A DNA stretch of 64,000 nt, taken from the NCBI GenBank assembly GCA_964199315.1, contig OZ116710.1, positions 18,166,001 through 18,230,000 of the forward strand. Reading direction: 5' to 3'. Shown here piece after piece: positions 63,680 to 64,000 of the stretch; the stretch's first letter is position 1; the number at the start of each line of letters is the position of its first letter. The translations under genes and the position numbers were made by a program. Below the pieces are notes generated by a model. It did not search any database. It was not told the origin of the DNA and saw only the letters and a program-made list of their open reading frames with translations. Origin of the DNA: Orbicella franksi. Lineage: Eukaryota.

Positions 63680-63952
63680 TAGAGCGGTTTTCATTTGAAT
63701 GTCGAAAAGTAATTGGCTTTGCATCAACCACGCTACACGATTAGTTTAAAAAACTCGCGCCAATTTTTTCATCCAGTCAAAAGTAAAACCATAACCAATC
63801 GTGACTCACGCGTTTTCCCGCGCTTTGCGTTAGCAGCTACATGTAATTACTTCGAGTTTTGATTGGTTTACTGTATTGTCTGTGTCCTTTGTGACTAGCT
63901 AGAGTGATTACTTTGGTTTTGGTTTTAATACTGTCAATTGAAAACCGCTCTA
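63680..63952. mobile_element. MITE, TAGAGCGGTTTTCA-terminus family (273 bp)
   Basis: TIRs tagagcggttttcatttgaatgtcg and tcaattgaaaaccgctcta; collinear with 18139-18413. Confidence 0.85.
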
Positions 63953-64000
63953 AAATGTCCTGCAAACAGATCTGGCTGTCTAATAGTTACTTATGCAATA

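Overview
Eukaryotic, intron-rich genomic DNA. The gene content (a nematogalectin-like gene, a Cthrc1 cluster) and the dense MITE/SINE/L2 repeats point to a cnidarian, probably a stony coral (inference). Genes were rebuilt by hand from GT/AG sites and frame continuity. (1) The 3' five exons of a divergent PDPR/GcvT-family gene (+, 118-3442). (2) Three tandem minus-strand paralogues (4749-7254, 10805-15531, 19647-27162), each joining an ANKUB1-like ubiquitin-like + ankyrin N-terminus and a long disordered linker, via a shared phase-2 intron, to a terminal exon encoding a PWN motif and (F/Y)xxW-x3-K charged helical repeats (CCDC34/CCDC181/MAP9-like). The ORF track splits these genes into unrelated-looking pieces. 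(3) A secreted nematogalectin-like gene with a Gly-X-Y tract and a degenerate SUEL lectin domain (+, 34272-36796). (4) A complete 16-exon RECQL4 (+, 38326-56506, about 1492 aa). (5) A minus-strand Cthrc1-like cluster with one pseudogene relic, one near-complete copy and the last exon of a second copy. Non-coding DNA holds many MITEs, tRNA-derived SINEs, 5'-truncated LINE tails, a 172-bp tandem array interrupted by a TTAA-targeting MITE, and a near-perfect 88-bp foldback. The best candidate for an undescribed system is the UBL-ANK-IDR-W-repeat triplet, including a new 35-aa repeat in the middle paralogue. Family names come from recalled sequence motifs; no database search was run.
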